Assembly (NCBI GenBank): GCA_030167865.1 | Contig: JALAGF010002876.1 | Coordinates: 1 to 40,523 of the forward strand | Direction: 5' to 3' | Length of the DNA stretch: 40,523 nt | Source of the DNA: Craspedostauros australis | Lineage: Eukaryota | Shown: one piece after another, positions 1-10,682 of the stretch | Layout: every line of letters begins with the position of its first letter | Numbering within the stretch: position 1 is the first letter of the stretch | Translations under genes and position numbers: made by a program | Notes under the pieces: model-generated | What the model was told of the DNA's origin: nothing | What the model saw: the letters and a program-made list of their open reading frames with translations, nothing else | Database searches by the model: none

Positions 1-164
1 TGCACCTTCATCCCATCCTAATGTCGTATGGTACGGCGCAGTGCACGCACGTACCATCGCATTCTGATGCAGTTTTGCTCCTCCTCACCTATTGTTCCAA
101 GTCCACCGCGAGAAACTGCGTGCAATCAATTGGGGCCAAAAACAGCCGGAATGTGTGCCCGTTC

Positions 165-334
165 NNNNNNNNNNNNNNNNNNNNNNNNNNNNNNNNNNNN
201 NNNNNNNNNNNNNNNNNNNNNNNNNNNNNNNNNNNNNNNNNNNNNNNNNNNNNNNNNNNNNNNNNNNNNNNNNNNNNNNNNNNNNNNNNNNNNNNNNNNN
301 NNNNNNNNNNNNNNNNNNNNNNNNNNNNNNNNNN
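165..334. other. Assembly gap (170 N)
   Basis: Run of N seen directly. Confidence 0.99.
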
Positions 335-996
335 AGAATAGGTACCTTCATGACCTCCTAACCCATCCAATATACGTTTTAAGAATGTAGTTCTTCTACA
401 TATATCTAAAGGAAGTATATGGTAAGGCCTCTTAAAGTTTATATCAGGATCGCAGATGCGACGCCGACTTTGGTGTACTATTTTGGCTCAGGCGGGTCAT
501 AAGTACGCACACAGTCAAAACCACAACAGCACAACTCACTTCCCAGCGGAGCATCTGTTCTGACACCATTCCCGGTTCCTGGAGCCGTTATCCATGATTC
601 AGAATAGATCTGTCTACCAAATCTTGAAATGGGACACGCTTGGTTTGCGCAATGACTGTTTCTGACAAGCGTTAATCAATAACCGTAATTCATTATATTG
701 TATTTAGCCCTGAGAATACATCATGAACACATCCAAAACGGAGCACCTCTCACATTTTTGCAAGCGCCAAACCACCACGTTACCAACTCGTTGTCACGGA
801 ACACGTGCCAACCACCGACTCCGACATTACCAACATCGACATCACCAACATCAACATCACCAACCTCTCAGCATCTCCTGGCACATTCTCGGTATCTCCT
901 ACAAAGCACAAAACAGCAGCAACAACAAGAACCACCAAGATGCCACCTTCGCAGCATGGAGTCAATCAGCAACACAAACCAACGTTGGCAATCATC

Positions 997-3900
997 ATGT
1001 TGAAGATATCTCTGATCGTCGCGACGGCAAGTGCAGCGGCAAGTGCACCGTCATTGCAATCCCACGCATATGAAGAGACAATGGATCTGAATGTGGATCT
1101 GCATCGAGAGCAATACGTTGATCCATCCTTTATTCAGAAACAACAACAACAGCAGCAGCAGCAGCAGCAGCAGCAAAAGCAACTGAGGCAATCATTCAAT
1201 GGCCTCATGGCGCAGGAACAACTAGATGGCGACGATACCGATGCCCATTTGGACAACCTCCTCAACGACTTTTCTTGCGACGTCTTCCGTGATGGCTGCG
1301 CATCCGCGCGCAATGGAATCTGCGATTCGCAGCACGGCAAGCCAGGACTTTCCCCATCCGACACCTGCTACGATGCCGACTGCCTCGATTGCGACGATTT
1401 CTGCAGACAGTACCAAGGAGATTGCACGGGGTGCCTGGACAACGGATGCAATTGGTGCCCAACCGACGGAACCTGCTTCAATTCACCGTACTACTTGTTC
1501 CGTAGCACAATCTCGACGTGCGAAGCTCCAGACTACGTGTCGTTGAAGGCATCGTTGGCATCGGGAAGCACAGAAACGGCACACGAAATGTGCCAATCAT
1601 CGTTCAACCCTGCGTTCGACGATCCACTCTACGATGCGCAGAAATGGATATGGGACATGATCAACATCAGAAGCGTGTGGGACCAGGGCTACACAGGAAG
1701 CGGCATCCATGTGCGGGTCAACGACAACGGTGTTCAGTCCACCTTGGACGAATTCGCAGGACGTTTCGACACGGCGTCATCCTGCGAGGAATACCTGCCG
1801 TCTCCCATCGACACATCGTCATATCAATCTCACGGAACCAGGGTGGCATCCATCCTCGCGGCAAGTGGCAACAACGCCAAATGCGGCACCGGCGTCGCAC
1901 CTGGCGCGACTCTGTCCGCGTGCAATTTGGTACAAGAGGACAACCCCCGAATATTGGAGGTGGGCGACGGGACGTACCTGTCATTGAACCTTGACAGCTT
2001 GGATATCTCACAGAATTCTTACGGCAGCCCCGCCTGCCGTGTCGTGTTGGATCAGGTTGCCGACAGCGACAATAACAGCGACAGCAACAAAGGCTCTCGC
2101 TGGTTGTCCGAGGATGCACCAGGATACAGCATCAATGCCAGGCACTTGCAACAGTGTCCCTTCACGTACCGTCCAAATTCTGGTTCTGGAAGCGGCAACA
2201 CTGTGGCGACTTCTTTCCCATGCGACATCTGCGATTTCATGTCGTCGCCAAGGGATGATGGCAACTGTCGCGATGCCATCACCCGTCATTGCTCCAGGTA
2301 CTACAAGGAAGATCAGGTCGGTTGCGTCGAGTTTCTGGATTTGCGCCTCAACGATGGAGTTTGCAGGTACAACAGCCTTCTGCCATCTCAAAGCAGTGGT
2401 CTCATCGAGGGCATCACGCGGGGCAGAGACGGCAAGGGCGTCCTCTACGTCTTTTCGGCAGGCAACAACTTCGAGGCCGGCGCCAACGTCAACGCGCAAG
2501 GCTTCACGAACACACGATTCACCATCACCGTCGGCGCGGTTGGTAGGTCCGGCCAGCATGCGTCGTATTCCACACCCGGCGCAGCGCTGCTTGTGTCGGC
2601 ACCCGGTGGAGACGGCGATTATATGGGAAATATGGTGACAACCGGCATCGACGGCTCCTGTGCCATCAACGGACTCGGGACATCGTTCTCCGCACCGGTT
2701 GTATCGGGCGTGCTTGCTCTGGTGCTGGAGGCAAACCCTGAACTGACATGGCGCGACGTGCAGGGCATCCTGGCACAAACGTCCGACCCCGTGTTTGCCA
2801 CAGACGGTTTTGATGAATTTGACAATGATTGGGTGAAGAACACAGCCGGAGTGCACCACTCGTACTACTACGGCTTCGGCATTGTTGACGCGGCCAAGGC
2901 GGTTGCCGCTGCGAAAACGTGGACGCCGTACGCGCCTGAGGACATCGTGGTCGGAGAATCCGGGGTGCTGAATGTGCCAATCCCAGACGATAGCACAGCT
3001 CCCGTGCAATCCAGCATCATGCTGCCTTCATCGTCCGATGGTGCGCTGTCACAAACTACTGGTCCGGTCACCCAGTTGCATCATTTCTACACCGAATCGG
3101 TGGGAGTGTACATCCACATCGACCACCCATCACGTGGAGATCTGGATATCAAGCTCACATCTCCAACCGGAGTCGAGTCCATCTTGCACCCTGGCAACAG
3201 GCCAGAGACCAGGTCGGCCGAAGATTGGAAGTTCCTCACCATGCGCAACTGGGGCGAATCTCCCATTGGCGAATGGAAGCTCACAGTGGCGGACATTTCG
3301 AAGGGAGTTGTGGGAGACGAAGACGCCACGAATGACGGGTCGGAGATATTGGTGGAGTGGGAAATCATCGTCTACGGCCGATTCGACATCCCGCCCACGT
3401 CCGGGCCAACCTCCAGCCCCACACGAGCCACGTCGTCGCCGACGATCACCACTGCATCGCCCACTCTTGAGACGCATGCACCAAGCATGGCTAGTGCTAT
3501 GCCGACGATGGAGACGGACACACCCACCCAGTCTTCGCCTGCCCCAACCATCACAACGTCGGCTCCCACTCTGAGATCAGACGTTCCCACAATCGAAACG
3601 GATTCGCCAACTCTGGCGTCGAATGCACCAACAATGGAGTCGAACCTACCAACCGTAGTCACTGCATCCCCGACCCAGCAATCCAGTGCTCCGAGTGCCC
3701 GAAGCGCCTCTCCAACCGAACAATCAAGCGCGCCTTCCAAACAAACTGACGCACCCACGATGGCAACAGGCCAGCCAACAGCCCAGCCGTCGGCATTGCC
3801 AAGCGGACCGACCGGTGCACCAACCATGATTCCGTCGCAAGCACCATCAGGAACTTCCTCGCCGACATCGAAGGCATCATCGACGCCAACTGTTGTACCA

Positions 3901-4410
3901 ACATCCCAACCAACTGCAACACCCACACAGCAACCAAGCGCCCTGCCGACGTCGCAACCAACCGTGATGCCGACGGCCCAGCCTTCCGTATCCCCTTCTG
4001 CGCCTCCAACTTTGCGACCGACAACGAAAAGTCAATCGGTATCTCCCACCGTCGTCAATTCGGCTCGTCCTTCGTCGATCCCAACCTCGTCTCCAACAAT
4101 GACGCAAAATCAAGAGACGGCCACGCCAACCGGACAACCGACGTCAACGCCAACGATCAATGCATCGATGGCGCCAACCACACAAGAACCAACGGTCCCG
4201 ATAACCACATCTTCGGCGACTGATGATGGCAACGCTGCCACGCTTGCACCTACATCCACGCCAATGGAATCCAACACGGAATCAAGCGATGACGGCGTTG
4301 ACAATCCGTTCTTGCAACGCAAGAGCGGTGGTGCCACATCGGCGCGTGCTGCAACGTCGATGGGACTGATCCTGCTGTTGACATCCATCCTTGGCTTTCA
4401 CTCGCTCTAA
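997..4410 (+). CDS. Subtilisin/kexin-like (S8) proprotein-convertase-like serine protease with P-domain, Cys-rich N-terminus, Pro/Thr/Ser-rich stalk and GPI-like C-terminal signal; single exon
   Basis: Catalytic Asp in VRVNDNG (1723), His in SHGTRVA (1831), oxyanion Asn in AGN (2464), Ser in GTSFSAP (2683). NPELTWRDVQ and YGFG motifs; P-domain with RGDL (3133). ATG 997 gives a signal-peptide-like MLKISLIVATASAAASA. An alternative ATG is at 940; the ORF-track start at 805 is GTG. Confidence 0.92.
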   Translation: MLKISLIVATASAAASAPSLQSHAYEETMDLNVDLHREQYVDPSFIQKQQQQQQQQQQQQKQLRQSFNGLMAQEQLDGDDTDAHLDNLLNDFSCDVFRDGCASARNGICDSQHGKPGLSPSDTCYDADCLDCDDFCRQYQGDCTGCLDNGCNWCPTDGTCFNSPYYLFRSTISTCEAPDYVSLKASLASGSTETAHEMCQSSFNPAFDDPLYDAQKWIWDMINIRSVWDQGYTGSGIHVRVNDNGVQSTLDEFAGRFDTASSCEEYLPSPIDTSSYQSHGTRVASILAASGNNAKCGTGVAPGATLSACNLVQEDNPRILEVGDGTYLSLNLDSLDISQNSYGSPACRVVLDQVADSDNNSDSNKGSRWLSEDAPGYSINARHLQQCPFTYRPNSGSGSGNTVATSFPCDICDFMSSPRDDGNCRDAITRHCSRYYKEDQVGCVEFLDLRLNDGVCRYNSLLPSQSSGLIEGITRGRDGKGVLYVFSAGNNFEAGANVNAQGFTNTRFTITVGAVGRSGQHASYSTPGAALLVSAPGGDGDYMGNMVTTGIDGSCAINGLGTSFSAPVVSGVLALVLEANPELTWRDVQGILAQTSDPVFATDGFDEFDNDWVKNTAGVHHSYYYGFGIVDAAKAVAAAKTWTPYAPEDIVVGESGVLNVPIPDDSTAPVQSSIMLPSSSDGALSQTTGPVTQLHHFYTESVGVYIHIDHPSRGDLDIKLTSPTGVESILHPGNRPETRSAEDWKFLTMRNWGESPIGEWKLTVADISKGVVGDEDATNDGSEILVEWEIIVYGRFDIPPTSGPTSSPTRATSSPTITTASPTLETHAPSMASAMPTMETDTPTQSSPAPTITTSAPTLRSDVPTIETDSPTLASNAPTMESNLPTVVTASPTQQSSAPSARSASPTEQSSAPSKQTDAPTMATGQPTAQPSALPSGPTGAPTMIPSQAPSGTSSPTSKASSTPTVVPTSQPTATPTQQPSALPTSQPTVMPTAQPSVSPSAPPTLRPTTKSQSVSPTVVNSARPSSIPTSSPTMTQNQETATPTGQPTSTPTINASMAPTTQEPTVPITTSSATDDGNAATLAPTSTPMESNTESSDDGVDNPFLQRKSGGATSARAATSMGLILLLTSILGFHSL
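1141..1176 (+). repeat. CAA/CAG trinucleotide tract encoding Q12 in the protease N-terminus
   Basis: (caa)3(cag)8caa seen directly. Confidence 0.95.
3391..4270 (+). repeat. Coding Pro-Thr/Ser periodic repeat (mucin-like stalk) of the protease
   Basis: PT/PS dipeptides recur every 7 aa (e.g. SPTLETHAPSMASAMPTMETDTPTQ) and then every 4 aa (PTSQPTATPTQQPSALPTSQ). Confidence 0.85.
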
Positions 4411-4942
4411 CATAAGATAGTGTGACGTTTTGGAATAGAAGAGCAAGGAGTCACCCAACGTACCTACGGAGCGGAGTTACGATGATGTCGAGTACTCTCC
4501 GTGGAACACGAATACACTGGAACTCCGCAAATAGGACATTCCTCCACTGCGCAACATGTCTACCAGCACATGAAGCAATGCGATCCAACGACGTATTCAC
4601 AGCATAGAAGTCTGCGCAGCGTTTGTGGAATTATTTGCAGTATTATGTTAATACTATTACGGTTTGTTCATGTCATCGATTATGCGCACCCGTATATCAC
4701 CAGTGCTCTGCAGTCGCCAAGCATATGCTTTTTGCAAAGAGTGCTGCATATCTTTCAGTAGTATGTTGTATGTACGAGCCGTGGAAGAAATAGTGCAGCC
4801 GCAGAGAAACTGGTGGAGGGAGCAATTCGTCTGCTCTCCCCAGCCTTCCCAGCACATGCACTATTCCGCTCTGCCATGTTATCAGTCTGCACCACTCCAT
4901 ACCATGCCATGCCATACCCTGCACACACGCAGATTCTCTGCT

Positions 4943-6495
4943 CTAGTCTGCCTTGACCCCCCTCTTCTTGAGCTTGTTGATGTACTTCTGATCGGACTTG
5001 GGCAGCTTCTTGATTTCCTGCTCTTCGATCCATTCCAGCAGATTCTCCTTGACCCAGAGCTTGCGCGCGACCATCGCCTTGCGATCATCATCGGACGCCA
5101 AATCCCACGCCACATGTCCCACGGCCCGCTCGGTGAGGACGTCCTTCTCTTCGTCGTTGAGATCCTTCTTCTGCATCCGCCGCACGACGTAGCTGGCCTG
5201 CCATATGGCGCCCTGCGCGAGCGTGATGGGGAGGTTGACCATGCGCACGGCGAAGAGGTCCTTCCAGGTCGGCTTGTGAAATCCGGCACCGAAATCCTCG
5301 ATATCGTTGACGTAGCCGGCGATGATGGGTCTGAGGAGGGCGTTCTGCTGCTCCTTGCGTTCCTTGCCCGTGAGCTTGCTGCCGCCCTTTGACTTTTTCT
5401 GATTCTTTGTGGACTTGGAGGTGCCGTTGGATGATTGCTTGTCCGACTGCTGATCTTTCTGCTGCTGCTGTTGCAGTTCCGCCATGGCGCGTTCCCTGAG
5501 CTCCTTGGATTCGGGCGATCCGCCCTGGCTGGGCGTCCAGTCCTCCACGGCGGCCTTGACGAGACGGTCTGCGACCATCTGCCAGCGGTGTTTCTGAGCC
5601 ATCCAGGTGAAGAAATTGACTGCGGCAAAGAGGACGATGAGGATGAACGTGGCGTCGGACTTGGGTGCGTAGGCCCAGAGGACGTCGGCACCGTATTTCT
5701 GGAAGTAGGCCTCCTGGTTGTATCGCATGAAATCATACTCCTTGCGCTTCTCCTTGTTCGTGAGCACTTCGTAAGCGCGTGCGATTTTCTGCAGAACGAC
5801 AGAGCAAAGCAGAATACGAATGTCATTGTGCAGGAGTGCATTTGTTTGATTGATTGATTTTTTGTTTGGAAAGAAGGATGGAAGAAATGGAATGGTGAGA
5901 CCTCATGTTGAAAGAGAGAGAAGATGAATTGTAACAACATGACTTTGACATCGACTCCTTCCGGCATCGCGGCTTGCATGAATCTCGCAACTGGACAGTA
6001 GGTCGTACATCTCAGCCAAGCCCAGCCCAGCGCAGTACAGCATAGTCGCAAAGCAGATAATCCATGAAATGCAAAAGAGAGATGCAGCACAACGACGATG
6101 AATGGACTCACAACAAAGCGGTCCTTGGCGTTCTTGTGCTTGGACTTGTCCGGATGCCACGCCCTCGACAAGGCACGGTACCGCTTGGTGATGACCTTGG
6201 TGTCGGGGATCTTGGAGCCGAAGGATTCGAAGTCGAAGCCGAGGATCCGGTAGCAATCGAAGTGGCCGCAGAAGATGTTCTTGGGATCGTAGTAGTTGCC
6301 CCAATCGGTGTGGGTGTGCACGTCGAAATTGTCGACGTCCGGCGTCTTCTGCTTTGGTTTGTTGGCGTCTTCAGTCGGGGATGCCGTTGTGGTGGAGTCC
6401 GCCTTGGGTGCCGCGTCCTCCTGCGCCATCGCAGACGGCGTTGCGATGGACAGCACCGAAAGGAACAGGACGGAGAGCGGAGCAATGACCTTCAT
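4943..6495 (-). CDS. DNAJC25: DnaJ/Hsp40 J-domain membrane protein, DNAJC25-like (409 aa); exons 6495-6112 and 5788-4943
   Basis: Signal peptide MKVIAPLSVLFLSVLSIA. J-domain FCGHFDCYRILG...WHPDK...DRFV|KIARAYEVL is restored by a 323-nt GTGAGT...TGCAG intron (6111-5789). It is followed by APKSD plus a TM helix, as I recall for DNAJC25. Spliced length is a multiple of 3. Confidence 0.85.
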
Positions 6496-7510
6496 ATTGG
6501 TGGAGAGTACGCGAAAGGGTTGTTGGCTTTTCTGTGTTCGTAATTGTCAGCTGGTGTATCAGCTGGCGTACGATATCAACGTGTGAACACGGTGGTCAAT
6601 GGATGATGTGGTCGATGAATGAGGATGAATCAGTCGGTTGCAGTGCGTTGGTGAATCCTGGTTGAGTGGAGTATCAGTGGAGTATCAGTGGAGCATGTGG
6701 GTGCGGCCTGGAGTGTCGAATCTCGTCTGGATGAGCACAACAATGAGCTGTATGTTTGTCTCTGTCTCTGTCTCTGGTGATACGAGTACGAGTACGCGTA
6801 CGAGTAGATTGGTTTTTCTCCTTTCTCTCTTTCTGTCCTCCGATGATCACGATGGCGACACTGACAACGTCGATTGTGATGGTGGAACAAGCGATGGAGT
6901 CTGACTCTCTCTACCAATTCTCGCAACGCAACGACCACAACAACAACAATGCCATTTCTTCGTTTCGGTTTGTGACCGCAAATGCCAGCCAGCGCGTGAT
7001 GTGTGCGTTGCGCGTGGCGAAAGAGAGAGTGCCGCGTTTTCTTCTCACGGTTGGTTGGCATTCCATCCATTCTCAACGCACACCGTCTGACCGTACATAC
7101 GTCGAGTCATCGAAGGAACGAAAAACGGAGATCGAGTTAGTCGTGGACTGTAGACGAGAAAACAAGGCGAACGCGAAATCGGAGATTCGCGTCAGCGTTG
7201 TTGTGCGTTCCTTTCCTTCATCAGATCCGCAAATGCCTATCTCTCTCTCTCTTCGTATGCAGTATAGTAGTAGTCGTATGGCACATACACGCACCCATGG
7301 GCATACTCTCTCCCTCTCGAATGCGTTTGTCCCCGCAGGAAATGAAGGCTGCGTCTATGCCAACACCACCGCCATCATTACAATTCGGTTTGCTGGTGGA
7401 TTCCATACTCTGCCTGTGTCTGATTCTGCTGCGTATGCTCTTGCATATTTTTGCACACACTTTCCACTCATCCATGCATGTAGTATATGTAATGAAGCGC
7501 CGACCAGCCT

Positions 7511-8638
7511 TCAACCCAGCAAGAATATTCGACTGCTGATATCCTCCACCAGCCAATCCATCGACCGGGCCAATCCATCCCCCGTCATGGCGCTGCATGG
7601 CTGGATGGACCAATGCCGCGTGGCGTACCGCTCATCATGCTCCAGTTCCAGAAAGTCGCAGATCTGCTGCGACGACAGGCTCCCGTCCATGTCCTGCTTG
7701 TTGGCCATGATCAGCAGACTCGCACCTGCCAGTCGCTCCTGCTGCAACAGCTGCTGCAGTTCCTGCTTGCACAATTCCAGACGTTCCGTGTCGCACGAAT
7801 CCACCACCCAGATCAGCCCGTCGGTGCGCTCGAAGTAATTCCTCCAGTAGGCGCGGATCGAGGATTGGCCGCCGATGTCCCACAGGTTCAGATTGTAGCA
7901 TGCTGTTGTGTCGGATATCGCGGCGTGCAGTTGCGGATCGTCAGGGTTGTTGTTGTCGCTGTTCTTGTTGTCACTGTTCTTGTTGTCGTCGTCGTCGTCG
8001 TCAACGTCGTCTGCATGATCTCCACTGGAGTACTCCAACGTGTGAATGTTGAACCCCAACGTCGGCTCGATCTTATCGATCGGTTGTCCGCAATACTTCT
8101 TGCAGACGGTCGTTTTGCCTGCATGGGATGTGTCGAATGCACGGTGTCATCGTTCAGGTCGTTTTGTGGTGTTTGCGACTGAGTGAGAAGCCGAGCGGGT
8201 GCACGCGCGTACGTATCGTTCTCGATAGCAGATCAAAGCAACCCACATCCTGCGCATTGTGCGAACGATCGATGGCGTTCTCTCATTCACAGCATCCCAA
8301 TGCGATCGTACACACCACCACCTCCCGTGCAACCAAATCACGATTGGTTTCACCAAGAACAGGACACCAGCGTACCTGCATTGTCCAGCCCGAGAATGAG
8401 GATGCGAATCTCCTTCTCCTGCTCCTTGACCTGCCATTGCAGCAAATGGGACGCGCAGCATTACACAATACAAGGATGGAGTGGTTCGATCGATCGAGAG
8501 AGGGAGAGCGCGTGGAACAAGAGTGAGATGCGGCGGAGCAAGAGGCACTCTGTTGAATCCCAACAAATCAATCAATTCAGTGGATGCCATGGCATGGCAT
8601 GAAACGCTCACCTTCTTCAGTATCGTCAGCAACCCCAT
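7511..8638 (-). CDS. ARL2: ADP-ribosylation factor-like GTPase 2 (229 aa); exons 8638-8612, 8430-8376, 8118-7511
   Basis: Spliced protein [31 protein letters not shown]...PTLGFNI...[29 protein letters not shown]...[16 protein letters not shown]...CSA...DISSRIF. N- and C-termini are typical of ARL2. Donors GTGAGC and GTACGC, CAG acceptors. Confidence 0.95.
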
Positions 8639-9331
8639 CCTATCTATTATACTCTACGATCCACTCTATCTTGTGTTGTGTACACTGATTGTTCCATGAT
8701 ACTATACGAGCACGACGATGGCATCGTCGCAGCAGCGCAGGGGATCTTCATCCAAACACAACAGAACGCAACAGAACGCAAGAAGAGTTTGTTGCTGTTG
8801 TTGTTTTCCATTCGTCACATCTCTCGAAAGATCTCAAATTCGTGGCACGTTTGAAACTGAGTAGTCCACGTGGGACTCATCGATGTGTTTGATTCACGTA
8901 TCTTCGGTAGATTGATTGATACTATTGTTGAGCCAATCACAAGTGAGAAAGGCCTCGTCAGCACCATGACCAGTACGCACTCACAATTTGGACTTAAGCC
9001 AGGTAGTGACGAGAACAGATGTCCAAGACGCACGCGAGAAGACACTTTTCTCAGTGGCGAATGGTTTTGGTGTTTCTTTCTAGTTTTCGGCGCTCAGATA
9101 GTTTTGAGTGGATTGGTGATTTAGTGTTTGAATGGGTACGATCTATGGCGTGCTGAGTACGACTACGACTACGAGTATGAAGCCACTGTGCGAGTGCCAT
9201 ACCGTGAGTTAGTACATATTCGTAATCTGCACACTGTGCTATGCTGCACTCCATCTTGTTTCTTTCATCTGCCACTCTAGTACCACTGAATGTCATGTGG
9301 CGGCATCCATCCATCCTAGTTATCCATCTCT

Positions 9332-10576
9332 TCATCGCGTGGCAACCCCCGTGAGTTGCGGATTGGCACGTGAAGCGGCCGCGGCCGACAACTGCGCCGC
9401 CCTCGCCGACATGGCCGCATTGGCAGCCGCCGAAGTCGTGACGGTGGTGCAGATGGAGGAGGCCGAAACGCGACGTGGCTTGCTGGGGATGATGAGATGG
9501 CGACGTTGCGTGAGAAATCCCATCCACACAGCCCAATGATCGCGGCGCGCGTAGGCAAAGGGCGTGTGACCGCGCACGTCGCTGAGACCCAACAGCTGCG
9601 GCGCCTCCTGCATGAGGAAGTCCATGAGGTCGAGGTTGGGCTTGACGGTCCAGCAGGCATCGTGGGCCGGCGTGCGGCCGTAGTCGTCGCGCACGAAGAG
9701 TGAGACGCCGGCCTCCTGGACGAGGAACTTGACGATGTCCGTGAGTCCGTTGCGGCAGGCCATGTGGATGAGCGATTCGCCGAAGCGGTTGCAGCACTGC
9801 AGCTGTTTGCCCTGCTGGTGCAGGTCGCGCAGCATCTGCAGGTTCTTGTGGCGCACGGCGCTCAAGATGTCCTTGTCGTAGGCTTCGATCATGGCGGCTG
9901 TGGGTTCGACGAAGTAGGCCTGATCTCGTGCCGGCTGTATCGCGAGGCCGCTGTCGGAGTACATCTTTGAGATGAAGAGGGAAGGACTCTGGGGAGCCGG
10001 TGGGGGTGGTGCCAGCGGTGTTGTGCGTGACGTTCGCTTGGCCATGGTCGACGTCATCGTTTGAGACCGTGTGGGTTGCGACCGTGGCCGTTGCTGAGTC
10101 TGGAGAGGCATAGAAGACGGAGTGATGGATGCGGCCGACGACGATGTCGACCAAGCAGACGAGAATGATGAAGCAGAGGACGATGAAGCGTACGTCGTTT
10201 CTGCGAACTTGCGCTTCTGTGTGCTCAATGCGATTCCAACGCCCCCCGTCATGGCTGGGTTGGTCATTGCCGTAGTTGTGGCTGTCAAGGGCACGGTCAT
10301 GTGAGAAGTCACAGGAACCGCAGGTATCCTGACGCCCCTTGGCGCGATGACGACGGTCGGTGCTGGTGCGATCGGCACATTGCGATCAGTGTTAACATTG
10401 ATGCTGACATTGGCATTGCCATTCGAGTGAACATGCATGTTGGCTGCTGCCGCTATGGCTGCCGCAGTTGCCGCAGATGTTGCGTGTGCTTGTATTGAGG
10501 TGGCATGTGCTGAAGCTTGGGTCGGTCCTGAAGGTAGAGCCTTCGTCGGGCTTGGCGCGTGAGGCATTGCTGTCAT
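9332..10576 (-). CDS. Ankyrin-repeat protein with low-complexity Ala/Thr/Ser N-terminus (414 aa)
   Basis: Ankyrin-like motifs NRFGESLIHMAC, DDYGRTPAHDAC, DVRGHTPFAY. First ATG is at 10576 (ORF-track start 10657 is TTG). Confidence 0.85.
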   Translation of the reverse strand: MTAMPHAPSPTKALPSGPTQASAHATSIQAHATSAATAAAIAAAANMHVHSNGNANVSINVNTDRNVPIAPAPTVVIAPRGVRIPAVPVTSHMTVPLTATTTAMTNPAMTGGVGIALSTQKRKFAETTYASSSSASSFSSAWSTSSSAASITPSSMPLQTQQRPRSQPTRSQTMTSTMAKRTSRTTPLAPPPPAPQSPSLFISKMYSDSGLAIQPARDQAYFVEPTAAMIEAYDKDILSAVRHKNLQMLRDLHQQGKQLQCCNRFGESLIHMACRNGLTDIVKFLVQEAGVSLFVRDDYGRTPAHDACWTVKPNLDLMDFLMQEAPQLLGLSDVRGHTPFAYARRDHWAVWMGFLTQRRHLIIPSKPRRVSASSICTTVTTSAAANAAMSARAAQLSAAAASRANPQLTGVATR

Positions 10577-10650
10577 GGTATGCTGTGTTGCGATGAATGA
10601 TGTTGCTGTCTGTGATGGTTGCTGTGTGCGAGGACAGATGTGTTCTCGTG

Positions 10651-10682
10651 TGATCAATGGATGATCAATGGATGATCAATGA
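10651..10682. repeat. 11-bp tandem repeat (TGATCAATGGA, ~3 copies) just upstream of the ankyrin gene
   Basis: tgatcaatgga tgatcaatgga tgatcaatga seen directly. Confidence 0.8.

Noticed and set aside
335-480. AT-rich flank after gap 1; GAATAG follows both gaps
   Set aside because: Match too short to be meaningful; no terminal repeats or transposase/RT sequence to support a mobile element.
4882-6495. 537-aa ORF reading through the DnaJ intron
   Set aside because: It truncates the J-domain and shifts frame; canonical splicing restores a complete J-domain.
6756-7838. 360-aa plus-strand ORF
   Set aside because: Antisense to ARL2 and runs through microsatellite-rich intergenic DNA; no protein-like motifs.
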